Shown here piece by piece: positions 10,304 to 20,494 of a stretch of DNA of 64,000 nucleotides. The DNA comes from an uncultured Actinomycetota bacterium (lineage in GTDB: Bacteria; Actinomycetota; Actinomycetes; Mycobacteriales; Jatrophihabitantaceae): NCBI GenBank assembly GCA_963708625.1, contig CAVPSV010000004.1, positions 321,960-385,959 of the forward strand, given 5' to 3'. Made by a program: the position numbers and the translations under genes. The notes beneath the pieces were generated by a model, which saw only the letters and a list, made by a program, of their open reading frames with translations, did not search any database and was not told where the DNA came from. The first letter of the stretch is position 1. Each line of letters begins with the position of its first letter.

Positions 10304-10534
10304 ATGTGTCTAGGCATTCCCGGACGAATCGTCGAGGTCCTCGACGGCGGCGACGTCGCGCTCGTCGACGTCGCCGGTGTCGTGCGCGAGATCAACCTGG
10401 GCATCTTGGACGGGCCGTACGACCCTGGCTCCTACATCCTGATCCACAGCGGCTTCGCGCTGGAGCACATGTCGGCCGAGCAGGCCGCGGACGCGCTGCA
10501 GGTGTTCAGCGACGGATCGATGACCTCGGGCTGA
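10304..10534 (+). CDS. hypC: hydrogenase maturation factor HypC
   Basis: MCLGIPGRIVEVLDGGDVALVDVAGVVREINLGIL...YILIHSGFALEHM, 76 aa, intact. Confidence 0.85.
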   Translation: MCLGIPGRIVEVLDGGDVALVDVAGVVREINLGILDGPYDPGSYILIHSGFALEHMSAEQAADALQVFSDGSMTSG

Positions 10535-10901
10535 AACTCCGATCCGGCACGTCGGTGCCGAGGATCAGCGACGACGCCGCGCGCTCGGGCGCGATGGCTT
10601 CGGGCACCGGCTCGGCAGCTGATTCACGCCGGTGAGGCTTCAACGGCGTCGCCGCGTCGTCCGGCTCCCACCGGTGCGCGTCGTCGGTCAGTCCGAGCAG
10701 GTAGGTGACGGTGCAATCGAGCGCCGTGGCCAGCTCGGGCAGCTTCGCCACATCCAGTCCGGTGCCGTGTTCGAGACTCGACAGCGCGCGGTTGGTGGTG
10801 TGCAGCCCGCACCGCCCGAGCCGGGTCACCACCTGCTTCTGGGTCAGCCCGAGGTCGTCGCGCCGCTGCCGCAGCCGCTGCGTGATCAACAGATGGCGCA
10901 T
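10506..10901 (-). CDS. XRE-family helix-turn-helix transcriptional regulator
   Basis: MRHLLITQRLRQRRDDLGLTQKQVVTRLG...LSSLEHG is an HTH_3 motif. The 3' end overlaps hypC convergently. Confidence 0.55.
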   Translation of the reverse strand: MRHLLITQRLRQRRDDLGLTQKQVVTRLGRCGLHTTNRALSSLEHGTGLDVAKLPELATALDCTVTYLLGLTDDAHRWEPDDAATPLKPHRRESAAEPVPEAIAPERAASSLILGTDVPDRSFSPRSSIRR

Positions 10902-10927
10902 CGAGATATCGACGTCCGAGGCGATGG

Positions 10928-11218
10928 TCACGAGTCACGCTCCCGCGCTTGACTGAGCGACGACATCTCCGCCAGCGGATAGATGTCGTAGCGAGCGAAA
11001 TTGAAGATCGGTGCCCGGGCCAGCAGCCGTTCGAACTCCTCGTGCGAGTCCACGTCGTAGATCCAGGCGCCGCCGTGCGCGCCGACGATGTGATAGCGGG
11101 CGTCCACCTTGCCCTCTTCCTCGAGGGTGGAGCCGTACTGCGCCATCCGCCCTACCGCCTGGGCCATCTCCCGGGACAGCAGGTTGAGCTCCATCCGCCA
11201 CAACACCAGGAACTTCAT
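10928..11218 (-). CDS. muconolactone-isomerase-like small protein
   Basis: 96 aa, MKFLVLWRMELNLLSREMAQAVGRMAQYG..., ferredoxin-like alpha+beta pattern typical of the MLI family. Confidence 0.35.
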   Translation of the reverse strand: MKFLVLWRMELNLLSREMAQAVGRMAQYGSTLEEEGKVDARYHIVGAHGGAWIYDVDSHEEFERLLARAPIFNFARYDIYPLAEMSSLSQARERDS

Positions 11219-11955
11219 GACGCCAACCGTTCATTGGTCACGGCGAGCTGCCAGCCGGTGCACTCACGCAGCCGGTGCAGGTTCTCCTCACAGAGGCGTT
11301 CGCAGACGGAGTCCCAGTGCAACGCGAGCCAGTCGCCCTCGACCGGACTCGCGACGAAGCCGATACCGTCGATCGCGCGGCGAACTCGCTCGGGTTCGGG
11401 CTCGGCAAGGTGCAGTGCTCGTCCGTCCCAGCGCAGGCGTTGCGACGACACGACGACGTGGTCGCCGTCGGTGTCCACGACCTGGCCCCAGCGAATGCGG
11501 CAGTTGTCGAGGACGTGCAGGGCGTGGGCCGGTAGCTCGCCGAGCAGGCGCGTCCACGGGTAGACGCCGAAGACGTGGAACCCGTGCGTGGGCGCGGCCT
11601 CCGGCAGCAAGTCCGCAGTGAGATGCCCCCAGTAGCGCCCGGCCTCCGCGCCGATGCGGTCCAGCAGCTTCACCCCGAAGTCGGCGCGATCGACCGCATC
11701 GAGCAGCGGACCACCGGTCCAGTACGCGCGCATCACCCGCTCGTCGAGTGGATCGGCGACGCCGGCCATCTCGGCAAGCAACGCCGCATACGGCCACGCG
11801 CCGGAGAACCGGCGCGCGATCGCGTGCACATCGGCGTTCGTCTCGCCGGAAACGCCCAGATCGAACAGCGCCTGCGTCTCGGCCGGCCCGCAGTAGCCCA
11901 GCTCGTTCGGTGCATAGGCGTACCGAGCGAAAAGCACCAGTCCGGGCGCGGACAT
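11215..11955 (-). CDS. conserved hypothetical protein
   Basis: 246-aa intact ORF, 4-nt overlap with the upstream gene. No motif recognised. Confidence 0.45.
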   Translation of the reverse strand: MSAPGLVLFARYAYAPNELGYCGPAETQALFDLGVSGETNADVHAIARRFSGAWPYAALLAEMAGVADPLDERVMRAYWTGGPLLDAVDRADFGVKLLDRIGAEAGRYWGHLTADLLPEAAPTHGFHVFGVYPWTRLLGELPAHALHVLDNCRIRWGQVVDTDGDHVVVSSQRLRWDGRALHLAEPEPERVRRAIDGIGFVASPVEGDWLALHWDSVCERLCEENLHRLRECTGWQLAVTNERLAS

Positions 11956-11963
11956 GGTCTGGC

Positions 11964-13098
11964 TCAGGTCCGCGCTGACTGACCGACGAGTTCCGCCGTC
12001 TCACGATGCAGCCGGCCGAAGTTGTAGTACGCCGCGCAGGCGCCTTCGGGCGACACCATGCAGGTGCCGATCGGTGTCTCGGGCGTGCATGCGGTGCCGA
12101 ACACCTTGCACTCCCACGGCTTGATCACGCCCTTGAGCACCTCACCGCACTGGCACGCCTTCGGGTCGGCCACCCGGATGCCGGGCATCTCGTACCGCAA
12201 TTCGGCGTCGAACTCCGAGTACTTGTCGTTCAGCTTGAGCGCGCTCTGGCTGATGAATCCCAGACCCCGCCATTCGAAATGCGGACGCAGCTCGAACACC
12301 TCTGCCAGTAGCGCGATGGCCTGCGGATTGCCTTCATCGCGCACGACCCGGCTGTACTGGTTCTCGACCTCGCAGCGCCCCTCGCGAATCTGCGCCAGCA
12401 GCATGTGCACCGACTGCAGGATGTCGAGCGGTTCGAAGCCGGCCACCACGATCGGCTTCCCGTACACCTCGGGCACGAACCGGTACGGCCGGTTGCCCAC
12501 GACGGTCGAGACATGGCCAGGGCCGAGGAAGCCGGACAGGCGCAGGTCGGGCGAGTCGAGGATGGCCTTGATCGGCGGCACGATCGTGACGTGGTTGCAG
12601 AACACGGTGAAGTTCGTGACGCCGAGGTCCTTGGCGCGGACCAGCGTCACCGCGGTCGACGGCGCAGTCGTCTCGAAGCCGACCGCGAAGAACACGACCT
12701 GCTTGTCCGGGTTCTCGACCGCGATGCGCAGCGCGTCCAGCGGCGAGTACACGAAGCGGACGTCCGCGCCGCGCGCCTTCGCCTCGAGCAGGCTGCCCTT
12801 GCTGCCGGGTACGCGCATCATGTCGCCGAAGGAGGTGAAGATGACGTCGGGCCGTTCGGCCAGCCACATCGCGTCATCGACGCGGCCCATCGGGATCACG
12901 CAGACCGGGCAGCCCGGCCCGTGCACCAGCTCGATGTTGGGCGGCAGGATGTGCTCGATGCCGTGCCGGTAGATCGTGTGCGTGTGCCCCCCACACACCT
13001 CCATGAACTTGAACTCGTCGTCGCGCGGCCAGCTCCTTGATGGACGCTACCAGGGCACGGGCGGCAGCCGGATCGCGGAATTCGTCGACGAACTTCAT
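11964..13098 (-). pseudogene. hypD: hydrogenase maturation factor HypD, +1 frameshift near 13010-13040
   Basis: N-terminus MKFVDEFRDPAAARALVASIKEL (frame A). Then (frame B) MEVCGGHTHTIYRHG...GPGCPVCV...CNHVT, 346 aa reading to the stop. Confidence 0.8.
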
Positions 13099-13109
13099 AG
13101 TTTTGCTCC

Positions 13110-13393
13110 CTAGACGATCGCGGTGGAGTTGAACGCGGACAGTTCGTCGGTGTAGCTCTGACCCATCTGTTTCACGGCCTCGAGCGTGAGGTCGGCTTCG
13201 TGCTGATCGATCTTTGCCATTGCGAAGCCGACGTGCACGAGCACCCAATCGCCGGCGTATCAGGTTGTCCTTCGCCAGCAGGCGCACGCTGATCGTCCGC
13301 TTGATGCCGTTCACGTCCACCTTCGCCAGGTGGTTGTCGGCGTCGACGATCTCGACCACCTGGCCGGGAATCCCGAGACACATGTCAGGTCCT
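13110..13393 (-). pseudogene. hypC: second HypC-family maturation factor, single-nt insertion near 13210
   Basis: MCLGIPGQVVEIVDADNHLAKVDVNGIKRTISVRLLAKDNL then (other frame) [32 protein letters not shown]... Confidence 0.65.
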
Positions 13394-13411
13394 CTCCTCG
13401 TGCATCGACGT

Positions 13412-14520
13412 TCAGCAGATCCGCGGCAGCGGGTCACCGACGAGCATGTCGACGATCCGGCTGCCGCCGAACGGTGTGCGCAGGGCAACGATGCCCTCGG
13501 GTTCGGCGACGATCTCGCCGATGACAGCCGCGTTCTGGCCGAGCGGATGCGGCGCGCAACGCGGCGATCGCCGCCTGCGCCTCGTCCGGCGGTACGACCG
13601 CGACGAACTTGCCCTCGTTGGCGACGTACACCGGGTCGATGCCGAGCAGGTCGCACGCGCCCTGGACCATCGGCGCCACCGGGAGCAGCTCCTCGTCGAG
13701 GATGACCGCGACCGATGCGTCCTGGGCCAGCTCGTTGCAGATCGTGCCGAGTCCGCCGCGCGTCGGGTCGCGCATCCAGCGCGTGTTCGGGGCGGCGGCG
13801 AGCAACGCCTCGACCATCGTGTGCACCGCGGCCGTGTCCGACTCGATCTCCGCTTCGATGTCCAGGTCACCGCGGGCCATCATCACCGACATGCCGTGGT
13901 CGCCGAGCGTCCCGGACAGCACCACCCGGTCGCCCGGACGCACCAGGTGCGCACCCAGTTCCCGGCCGGCCGGCATCGACGCCGATGCCCGTGGTGGTGA
14001 TGTAGAGCCCGTCCGCGGCGCCCTTCGGCACGACCTTGGTGTCGCCGGTGACGAGCAGCACGCCGGCGTCGGCCGCGGCTGCGGCCATGTCGGCGACGAT
14101 CTCCTTGAGTTCGGCGATCGCGAATCCCTCGGCGATGACGAAGGCTGCGGACAGCCACTGCGGCTTCGCGCCGCTCACCGCCAGGTCGTTCACGGTGCCG
14201 TGCACGGCGAGCTGGCCGATCGAGCCGCCGGGGAACCGGCGTGGCGAGACCACGAACGAGTCGGTGCTGAACGCCAGCCGCTCACCGGAGGGCAGCGTGA
14301 GCAGCGCGCCGTCACCGAGCTGTTCCAGCTCGGGGTTGCGGAACGCTTCGAGGAACACCGCATCGACGAGAGCCGCGGACGACTTGCCGCCCGCGCCGTG
14401 CGCGAGCGTGATCACTTCATCGATCAGCCGGGGCCGCCGCTTGCGGAAGTTCTGGATCTTCTCCAGCACGCGGTCCTCACGCGAGACGACGTCCTCGACG
14501 GGAATGATCTGACCGGTCAT
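13412..14520 (-). pseudogene. hypE: hydrogenase maturation factor HypE, at least 2 frameshifts
   Basis: MTGQIIPVED...ITLAHGAGGKSS... (13867..14520 frame). MSVMMARGDLDIEAEIESDTAAVH...GGLGTICNELA (13434..13976 frame). AVIGEIVAEPEGIVALRTPFGGSRIVDMLVGDPLPRIC (13412..13870 frame). Confidence 0.8.
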
Positions 14521-15203
14521 GCTGCGCCTCCTACGGCGCTCGACGCCACGTCGTTCGCCGATGTAGCGAGCGCGCGCTGCGTCGCGGCCCAGAGTTGGTA
14601 GCCGAGCAGCGCCTGGCTCTCCTGGATGCGGTGGATGCTCTGCGAAGCGACCACGAAACAGTGATCCACCGCGTCCGATTCGGCCATTTCGCCGCCGCGG
14701 TAGCCGGCGAAGCCGATGGTCATCAGGCCGCGTCGATTCGCTTCCCGCAGCGCGTTCATCAGATCGGCGGAGTTGCCGCTCGTCGAAAACGCGACCGCGA
14801 TGTCGCGCCCAGAGGCGTGCGCGATGATCTGGCGGGAGAAGACCAGCTCGAAACCCACGTCGTTACCGAGCGCGGTGACCACTGCCTGATCGGCGGCCAG
14901 GTTCAGCGCGGGCAACGGGCGACCACTGACCGGCTGGGCGAACAGTGCGGCGAATGTCGCCGCGTCGGTAGAGCTGCCGCCGTTGCCGAAGACGTAGAGG
15001 CGACCGCCGTGGGCGAATCGATCGGCCATCTCGCTCGCGGCGGTCAGCACCCGTTCCGCGCACGCGGCCAGAGTGGCCTGTTGCAAACCGGCGCTCTCCC
15101 GCGCCTTCTCCCGGGCTGAGGCCGCCAGATCGGCGAGCAGCGACCCCGAATCGCGTTCGTCGCCGTCGATGAAGGGATAGAGAAAACCGGTCTGTTCGCT
15201 CAT
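14517..15203 (-). CDS. SIS-domain protein (GmhA/DiaA-like phosphosugar isomerase fold)
   Basis: RLYVFGNGGSSTDAATFAALF...AVAFSTSGNS. 228 aa from MSEQTGF. ATGA overlap with hypE. Confidence 0.7.
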   Translation of the reverse strand: MSEQTGFLYPFIDGDERDSGSLLADLAASAREKARESAGLQQATLAACAERVLTAASEMADRFAHGGRLYVFGNGGSSTDAATFAALFAQPVSGRPLPALNLAADQAVVTALGNDVGFELVFSRQIIAHASGRDIAVAFSTSGNSADLMNALREANRRGLMTIGFAGYRGGEMAESDAVDHCFVVASQSIHRIQESQALLGYQLWAATQRALATSANDVASSAVGGAA

Positions 15204-15965
15204 CGCGGCCCCCCGATCCGAGTCAGGGCCGAGCCGGCGTGCACCAGCAGCAGATCCCCTGGATCGACGTCGCCGATCAGTGTGGTGTCGACGTGTTCGT
15301 CGCCCTGCGCGGTGCGCACCAGCGCGGCGCCCAACGGTCCGTCGCGGCCCACGATCACTTCCGCCGGGACGACCTTCGTCGCTGCAGGTGATGCAGACCT
15401 CGTCGGTGCAGTCGGAGTCACGCTCGACGAGCAATCCGGGATGCTCGAAACACACGTGCGTCAGCTCCCACAGCAGGTGATACATCAGTACGAAGCGGCC
15501 GGTCGCGGGCGCCAGCGGGTTGGCGTCGTCGATCCACAGCACCTGGTCGGCCGCGCCGGCCGGCGGGCGTTCGCCCGAGCCGATCCAGACGCTCAGCGCC
15601 CCCCAGGCGGGCGTGCGGCGCATCAGGTCCTGCACCGCCCGGTCGCCGGCACCGGCCACTGCGATGACGATGTCGCCAGGACGGACCGAGACTCGCGCCT
15701 GAGCGACGACGTCCCCCGAGGTGAGCGCGAATGCCGGCAGCGCCCGTTTGCCCACGATGACGGGGTGGACGAACTCGACGGCCATGTGGTGCGCGTGTGG
15801 CTCCCACTGCGGCGCGACGCACCACATGGTGGCGCCGGCGTGATAGCGGCGTGCGAGCGAGAGCGCGGCCGCGGCCAGGTCCTCGGCCAGGCCACGGTCC
15901 AGGATGTCCGGGGTGATGCCGGAAGAGACGTCCAGCTCGGGCGTCGTTACGAAATCGACGGTCAC
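15200..15965 (-). pseudogene. hydrogenase-associated protein with C-terminal HupF/HypC-like domain, frameshift near 15420-15450
   Basis: The N-terminal ~190 aa (MTVDFVTTPELDV...HVCFEHPGLL...DEVCITCSDEG) read through into the SIS gene. The real C-terminus is in another frame (15200..15421): AEVIVGRDGPLGAALVRTAQGDEHVDTTLIGDVDPGDLLLVHAGSAL, with the stop just before the SIS start. Confidence 0.45.
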
Positions 15966-18360
15966 GGTGCTACCCCCTGTTGGCGTGCATAGCCGACGGC
16001 ACCGATCACGGCTTGGCCGAGCGCGAGACCCCCGTCGTTGGGCGGGACGAGGCGGTGGGTCAGGACTCGCAGGCCGCTGCCCTCGAGGCGTCGGCGGCAG
16101 AGGTCCAGCAGCAGGACGTTCTGGAAGACGCCGCCGGTCAGCCCGACCAAATCTTGATCATGTGAATCGCATACCCGGATCGCGACCGCGGTAACCGCGT
16201 CGGCAACGGCTACGTGGAACCAGTGCGCAAGCGTGGCCGTGTCCACGCCCGCACGCAGGCCCGCCACCAGGCCGCGAACGACCGGTGCGTAGTCCAGCCG
16301 TCCGTCCTCGATCGCGAACGCCCACGGCGGCACGGCGCTGGCCGGGTCCGCGACGGCCGGGTCCGCGCCGGCGGCTGCACTCGCAGCCAAGATCTCGAGT
16401 TCGATCGCGGCCTGCGCCTCGTAGCCGATTCGCTGGCGCACGCCGAGGATCGAGGCGACGGCGTCGAAGAGCCTGCCCATGCTCGAGCACGGCACCGTCG
16501 CACGCCCGGACGTCAGCTGCGACCGGACCGCGGCGAGTTCGCGCGGCTCGCAGGCGGCAACCGGCGCCACGTCGTCATCCCACGCGACATCGCTGGCGGC
16601 GAGGTAGGCCAGCGCGGCTCGACAGGGGTTGCGCACCGCCGCGTCCCCACCGGGCAGATCCACGGTGCGCAGGTGGCCGACCCGCTCGTAGCTGGTCACG
16701 TCCGCGGACACCTGCAGGAACTCGCCACCCCAGATGGTGCCGTCGTCCCCGTAGCCGGTGCCGTCGAACGCGACGCCCAGGGCCGATACCCCGAGCAGGT
16801 TGTGTTCGGCCAGCAGGGACACCACATGTGCGTGATGGTGCTGGACGAGTCGCAGCTGCGGCTCGCCCGGCCGACCGGTGTGGCGCTGCGCCCACTCGCG
16901 GGTCAGGTACGCGGGGTGCGCGTCCACCGCGACGATCTCGGGAGCGAGGCGGTGCAGCGTGGTCAGCTGATCCACCGCGCGCTCGAAGGCGCGCAGCGTG
17001 TCGAGGCTGCCCATGTCCCCGACGTGCGCCGAGCAGAACGCGTTCGTCGCGTCCACGAGGCAGAAGGTGTTCTTCAGCTCGCCACCGACGGCAAGCGTCG
17101 GGGGCAGCGCGTGGCCCAATGGCACCGGCAACGGCGCCAAGCCACGCGAGCGGCGGATCGGCAACTCGCGGCCATCGAAGACACGCACCACGCTGTCGTC
17201 GCACGGCACGTGAATGCCACGGTCGTGGGTGAGTACGGCGTCGGCGAGCGAGGGCAATCGCCGCTGCGCGTCGATGTCGTCGAAGCACAGCGGCTCGTCG
17301 CTGACGTTCGCACTCGTCAGCACGAGCATGCCGGCGCCGGTGCGCCGGCGTCGGGCACCGGCGCGAGCAACAGATGGTGGATCGGGCTGTAGGCGAGCAT
17401 CACCCCGAGCAGCGGGTTGCCCGGCGCCACACTGTCCGCGACCGGCGCGTCCGGCCGGCGGCGGAGCAGGACTATCGGCCGGGCGCGGCTGGTCAGCACC
17501 TGAGCTTCGGCCTCGTCGATGACAGCGAGGCGGTGCGCGGTGGGCAGGTCACGCACAAGCAGCGCGAACGGCTTCTGGTCGCGCGACTTCCGCTCCCGCA
17601 GTCGTGCCACCGCAGCCGGGTCGTCCGCGCGGCAGGCGAGGTGATACCCACCGATACCCTTGACGGCGACGATCTGCCCGTCGGCCAGCGCGTGCTGAGC
17701 GTGGGCCAACGCGGAGTCGCCGACGGCTGCCGTCGCGCCGTCGCGCTCGAAACGAAGTACCGGCCCGCAGTTCGGGCAGGCGACGGGCTGGGCATGGAAG
17801 CGGCGATCGGCCGGATTCGCGTACTCGCGCGCGCAGTCGGCACACATGGCAAAGTCCGCCATGGTTGTGGCGGGCCGGTCGTAGGGCAGATCGCGAATGA
17901 TCGTCAGCCGCGGTCCGCAATCCGTGCAGGTGATGAAGGGATGGCGGTAACGGCGGTCGGTCGGGTCGAACAACTCGGCGAGGCAGTTGTCGCAGGTGGC
18001 CACGTCGGGCGGGATGAGCGTTCGCGCGCCCTCGGCCGCACGGCTGGCGACGATGCGGAACCCGCTGTCTTCGACCAGCGGTAGCGGCGTGCTGGTGACG
18101 GAGATGACGAACGCCATCGGCGGCGCATCGATGCGAACTCGGCGCTCGAACTCCGCCAGTAGCCCGGCCGGACCCTGCACCTCAGCGAAGACGGCCTCCG
18201 CGTCGTTGCCGACGAAGCCGCTGAGGCCTAGTTCGGTGGCCAACCGGTGGACGAATGGGCGGAAACCGACGCCCTGGACGACACCGGTTATCGAAAGCCG
18301 CGCCCGTTCTCGCGCTGCAGCATCCGGGCGGAAGGCGAGCGAGCGGGCCGTCGCGGTCAT
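15962..18360 (-). pseudogene. hypF: carbamoyltransferase HypF, one frameshift near 17320
   Basis: N-terminal part (17317..18360 frame): acylphosphatase VQGVGFRPFV, Zn fingers CDNCLAELFDP...CTDCGPR and CADCAREY...CPNCGP. C-terminal part (15962..17329 frame): YrdC/Kae1-like region ...VFQNVLLL.... Confidence 0.85.
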
Positions 18361-18516
18361 GTCGGCCGTTGGGCGTTGTGGTCTTGCACCGCGTCCGTGT
18401 GTTTTACGGATTCGGTGATAGGGAGAATCCCGCCGGTGCGGCAAATAGCCACTCACCCAACATAGGTAGACCGATCGTTCTCTGTCTAGACTCAATTTCA
18501 GGATCAGGAGTGCAGA

Positions 18517-19155
18517 TTGGCCAGCCAGCCGGAGACGAATGCGAGCGATTCGTCCGCGCGAGAGCGAATCCTCGATACGGCCTACGACCTGTTCGCGCGC
18601 CGCGGTATTCGCGATGTCGGGGTCGATGAGATCGTCGAGCGCGCCGGCATTGCGCGGGCGACGCTGTACCGCCATTTCAAGTCGAAGGACGAACTCGTCC
18701 TGGCGTTCCTGAGGCGACGCGAAGAACGCTGGACGTTCGGTTCGGTCGAAGCCGAGGCGCGCCGACGCGGCAAGACTCCGGAGGGGCGGCTCCTGGCGAT
18801 CTTCGACGTCTTCGACGAGTGGTTTCACCGGGGCGACTTCGAAGCCTGCTCGTTCGTGAACGTGCTGTTCGAAATGCGTCCGAGCCACCCGCTCGGGCAG
18901 GCGAGCATCCAACACCTGGCGAACATCCGAGGCATGGTCGAGCGGCTGGCCACCGAAGCCGGGCTGGCCGACGTCACCGAGTTCAGCAGGTCGTGGCACA
19001 TCCTGATGAAGGGCTCGATCGTCGCTGCGACCGAAGGTGACCTCCGGGCCGCGCGTCGCGCGCAACAGATGGCGAAGACGCTGATCGCGAAACACGGCGG
19101 CCATCTCCCCGAGCAGCCCGCCCAGCTACCCGTAAGTACCGTGACGCATAGATGA
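18517..19155 (+). CDS. TetR-family transcriptional regulator, divergent from hypF
   Basis: ERILDTAYDLFARRGIRDVGVDEIVERAGIARATLYRHFKSKDELV is a TetR_N HTH. Confidence 0.8.
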   Translation: MASQPETNASDSSARERILDTAYDLFARRGIRDVGVDEIVERAGIARATLYRHFKSKDELVLAFLRRREERWTFGSVEAEARRRGKTPEGRLLAIFDVFDEWFHRGDFEACSFVNVLFEMRPSHPLGQASIQHLANIRGMVERLATEAGLADVTEFSRSWHILMKGSIVAATEGDLRAARRAQQMAKTLIAKHGGHLPEQPAQLPVSTVTHR

Positions 19156-19184
19156 GGTGAGCGTCGGCTATCTGAGGGAGCGAG

Positions 19185-19766
19185 ATGTTCGATCTGGAAC
19201 CTGCGACCCGCACTGTCGCCGATATCGTGGCCGGCGTCCGCGATGATCAACTCGGCGGACCGACGCCGTGTCCGGAGATGTCGGTCGGCGCGATCCTCGA
19301 TCACATGGGCGGATTCGCGCTGGCATTCACCGCGGCCGCGAACCACACCGAGCCACCTGGCGGCAGCAGGCCGCCGTCGCCCAGCGAGTCCGGGCTGCCC
19401 GATGATTGGCGCACGTCGATACCGGCCAGGCTCGCCGAACTGGCCGACGCCTGGCGCGACGAGGCCGCCTGGTCGGGCATGACGAAAGCCGGCGGCCAAG
19501 ACCTGCCCAGCGAGATCGCCGGCGTCATTGCGTTGGACGAAGTGGTCATGCACGGCTGGGACCTCGCCATCGCTACCGGCCAGCCATATGCCGTCGAGAC
19601 TGAGCTGCTGCACGCGGTGTTCGGTTTCGTGTACGGAGCCGCCGAGCAGAACCCGCAAGGAACGCCAGGTCTGTTCGGGCCGCCGATCTTCCTTCCGGAC
19701 GGCACGCCGCTGCTGGACCGCGTCGTCGGACTCGCCGGGCGCGACCCCAGCTGGACGCCCGCCTAA
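19185..19766 (+). CDS. DinB_2 / mycothiol-dependent maleylpyruvate isomerase N-terminal-domain family protein (TIGR03086-like)
   Basis: 193 aa with conserved His/Asp pattern MFDLEPATRTVADIVAGVRDDQLGGPTPCPEMSVGAILDHM... Confidence 0.55.
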   Translation: MFDLEPATRTVADIVAGVRDDQLGGPTPCPEMSVGAILDHMGGFALAFTAAANHTEPPGGSRPPSPSESGLPDDWRTSIPARLAELADAWRDEAAWSGMTKAGGQDLPSEIAGVIALDEVVMHGWDLAIATGQPYAVETELLHAVFGFVYGAAEQNPQGTPGLFGPPIFLPDGTPLLDRVVGLAGRDPSWTPA

Positions 19767-19828
19767 CCGACCGCGGCCCGAGGCTACGGGCTCGTCGTCA
19801 GGGCCGTCGGCATCGCCAGCAGAGGAAC

Positions 19829-20494
19829 TCAGTCGGACGGGATCATCGACCGCAGGCCGTCCACATCGTCGATGATGATCTGCCGCCGTCCCAGCGAGAT
19901 GACACCGCGGCTCACCAGTCGCTGCAGCACCTGATTCACCGTCGGCCGGGCCGCGCCGGTCATCATCGCCAGATCACCCTGCGACAGCGGGATCACCGCG
20001 GCGCCCGGTGTGCCGCCGTAGATGTCGGCCAGGGCGATCAGCCGCCGGTAGACGCGGCGGTCCACGCCGAAGTACAGCGCCTCCAGCAGCTGCCGACTCA
20101 GATCCTCCACGCGCTGGGCGAGTGCGGCGACCACCAGCCCGTCGATCTCCGGGTGCGAGTTGCGCAGCGTCGCGAAGGCCGTGCCGGCCAGCGCCAACGT
20201 CTGGCCGGGGGTCAATGCCGCGACGGTGGCGCTGCGCCGCGGCGTCTGACCCGACTGCAGCAGCGCGAGCTCACCGAAGAAGTCGCCGCCGGAGAGCACG
20301 TTGACGGTCAGCCGGTCACCGTTGGCCGCGGTGACGTGCACCGCGAACAGGCCACTGTCGATCAGGTGCATGCTGTCGGCGGGATCACCCTCGTGAAACA
20401 CCACCTCGCCGCGCGCGAACGTGCGCCGGCGTGCAGAGCTCAGCACCTCTTCGCGCGCCTGCGCCGGCAGCGTGTCCAGCAGCGGCCACTGCAT
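19829..20494 (-). CDS. Crp/Fnr-family cNMP-binding transcriptional regulator
   Basis: cNMP-binding fold (FFGELALL...RSATVAALT) plus C-terminal HTH (SQGDLAMMTGAARPTVNQVLQRL). Its ATG overlaps the stop of the upstream cyclase gene (TGATG). Confidence 0.75.
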   Translation of the reverse strand: MQWPLLDTLPAQAREEVLSSARRRTFARGEVVFHEGDPADSMHLIDSGLFAVHVTAANGDRLTVNVLSGGDFFGELALLQSGQTPRRSATVAALTPGQTLALAGTAFATLRNSHPEIDGLVVAALAQRVEDLSRQLLEALYFGVDRRVYRRLIALADIYGGTPGAAVIPLSQGDLAMMTGAARPTVNQVLQRLVSRGVISLGRRQIIIDDVDGLRSMIPSD

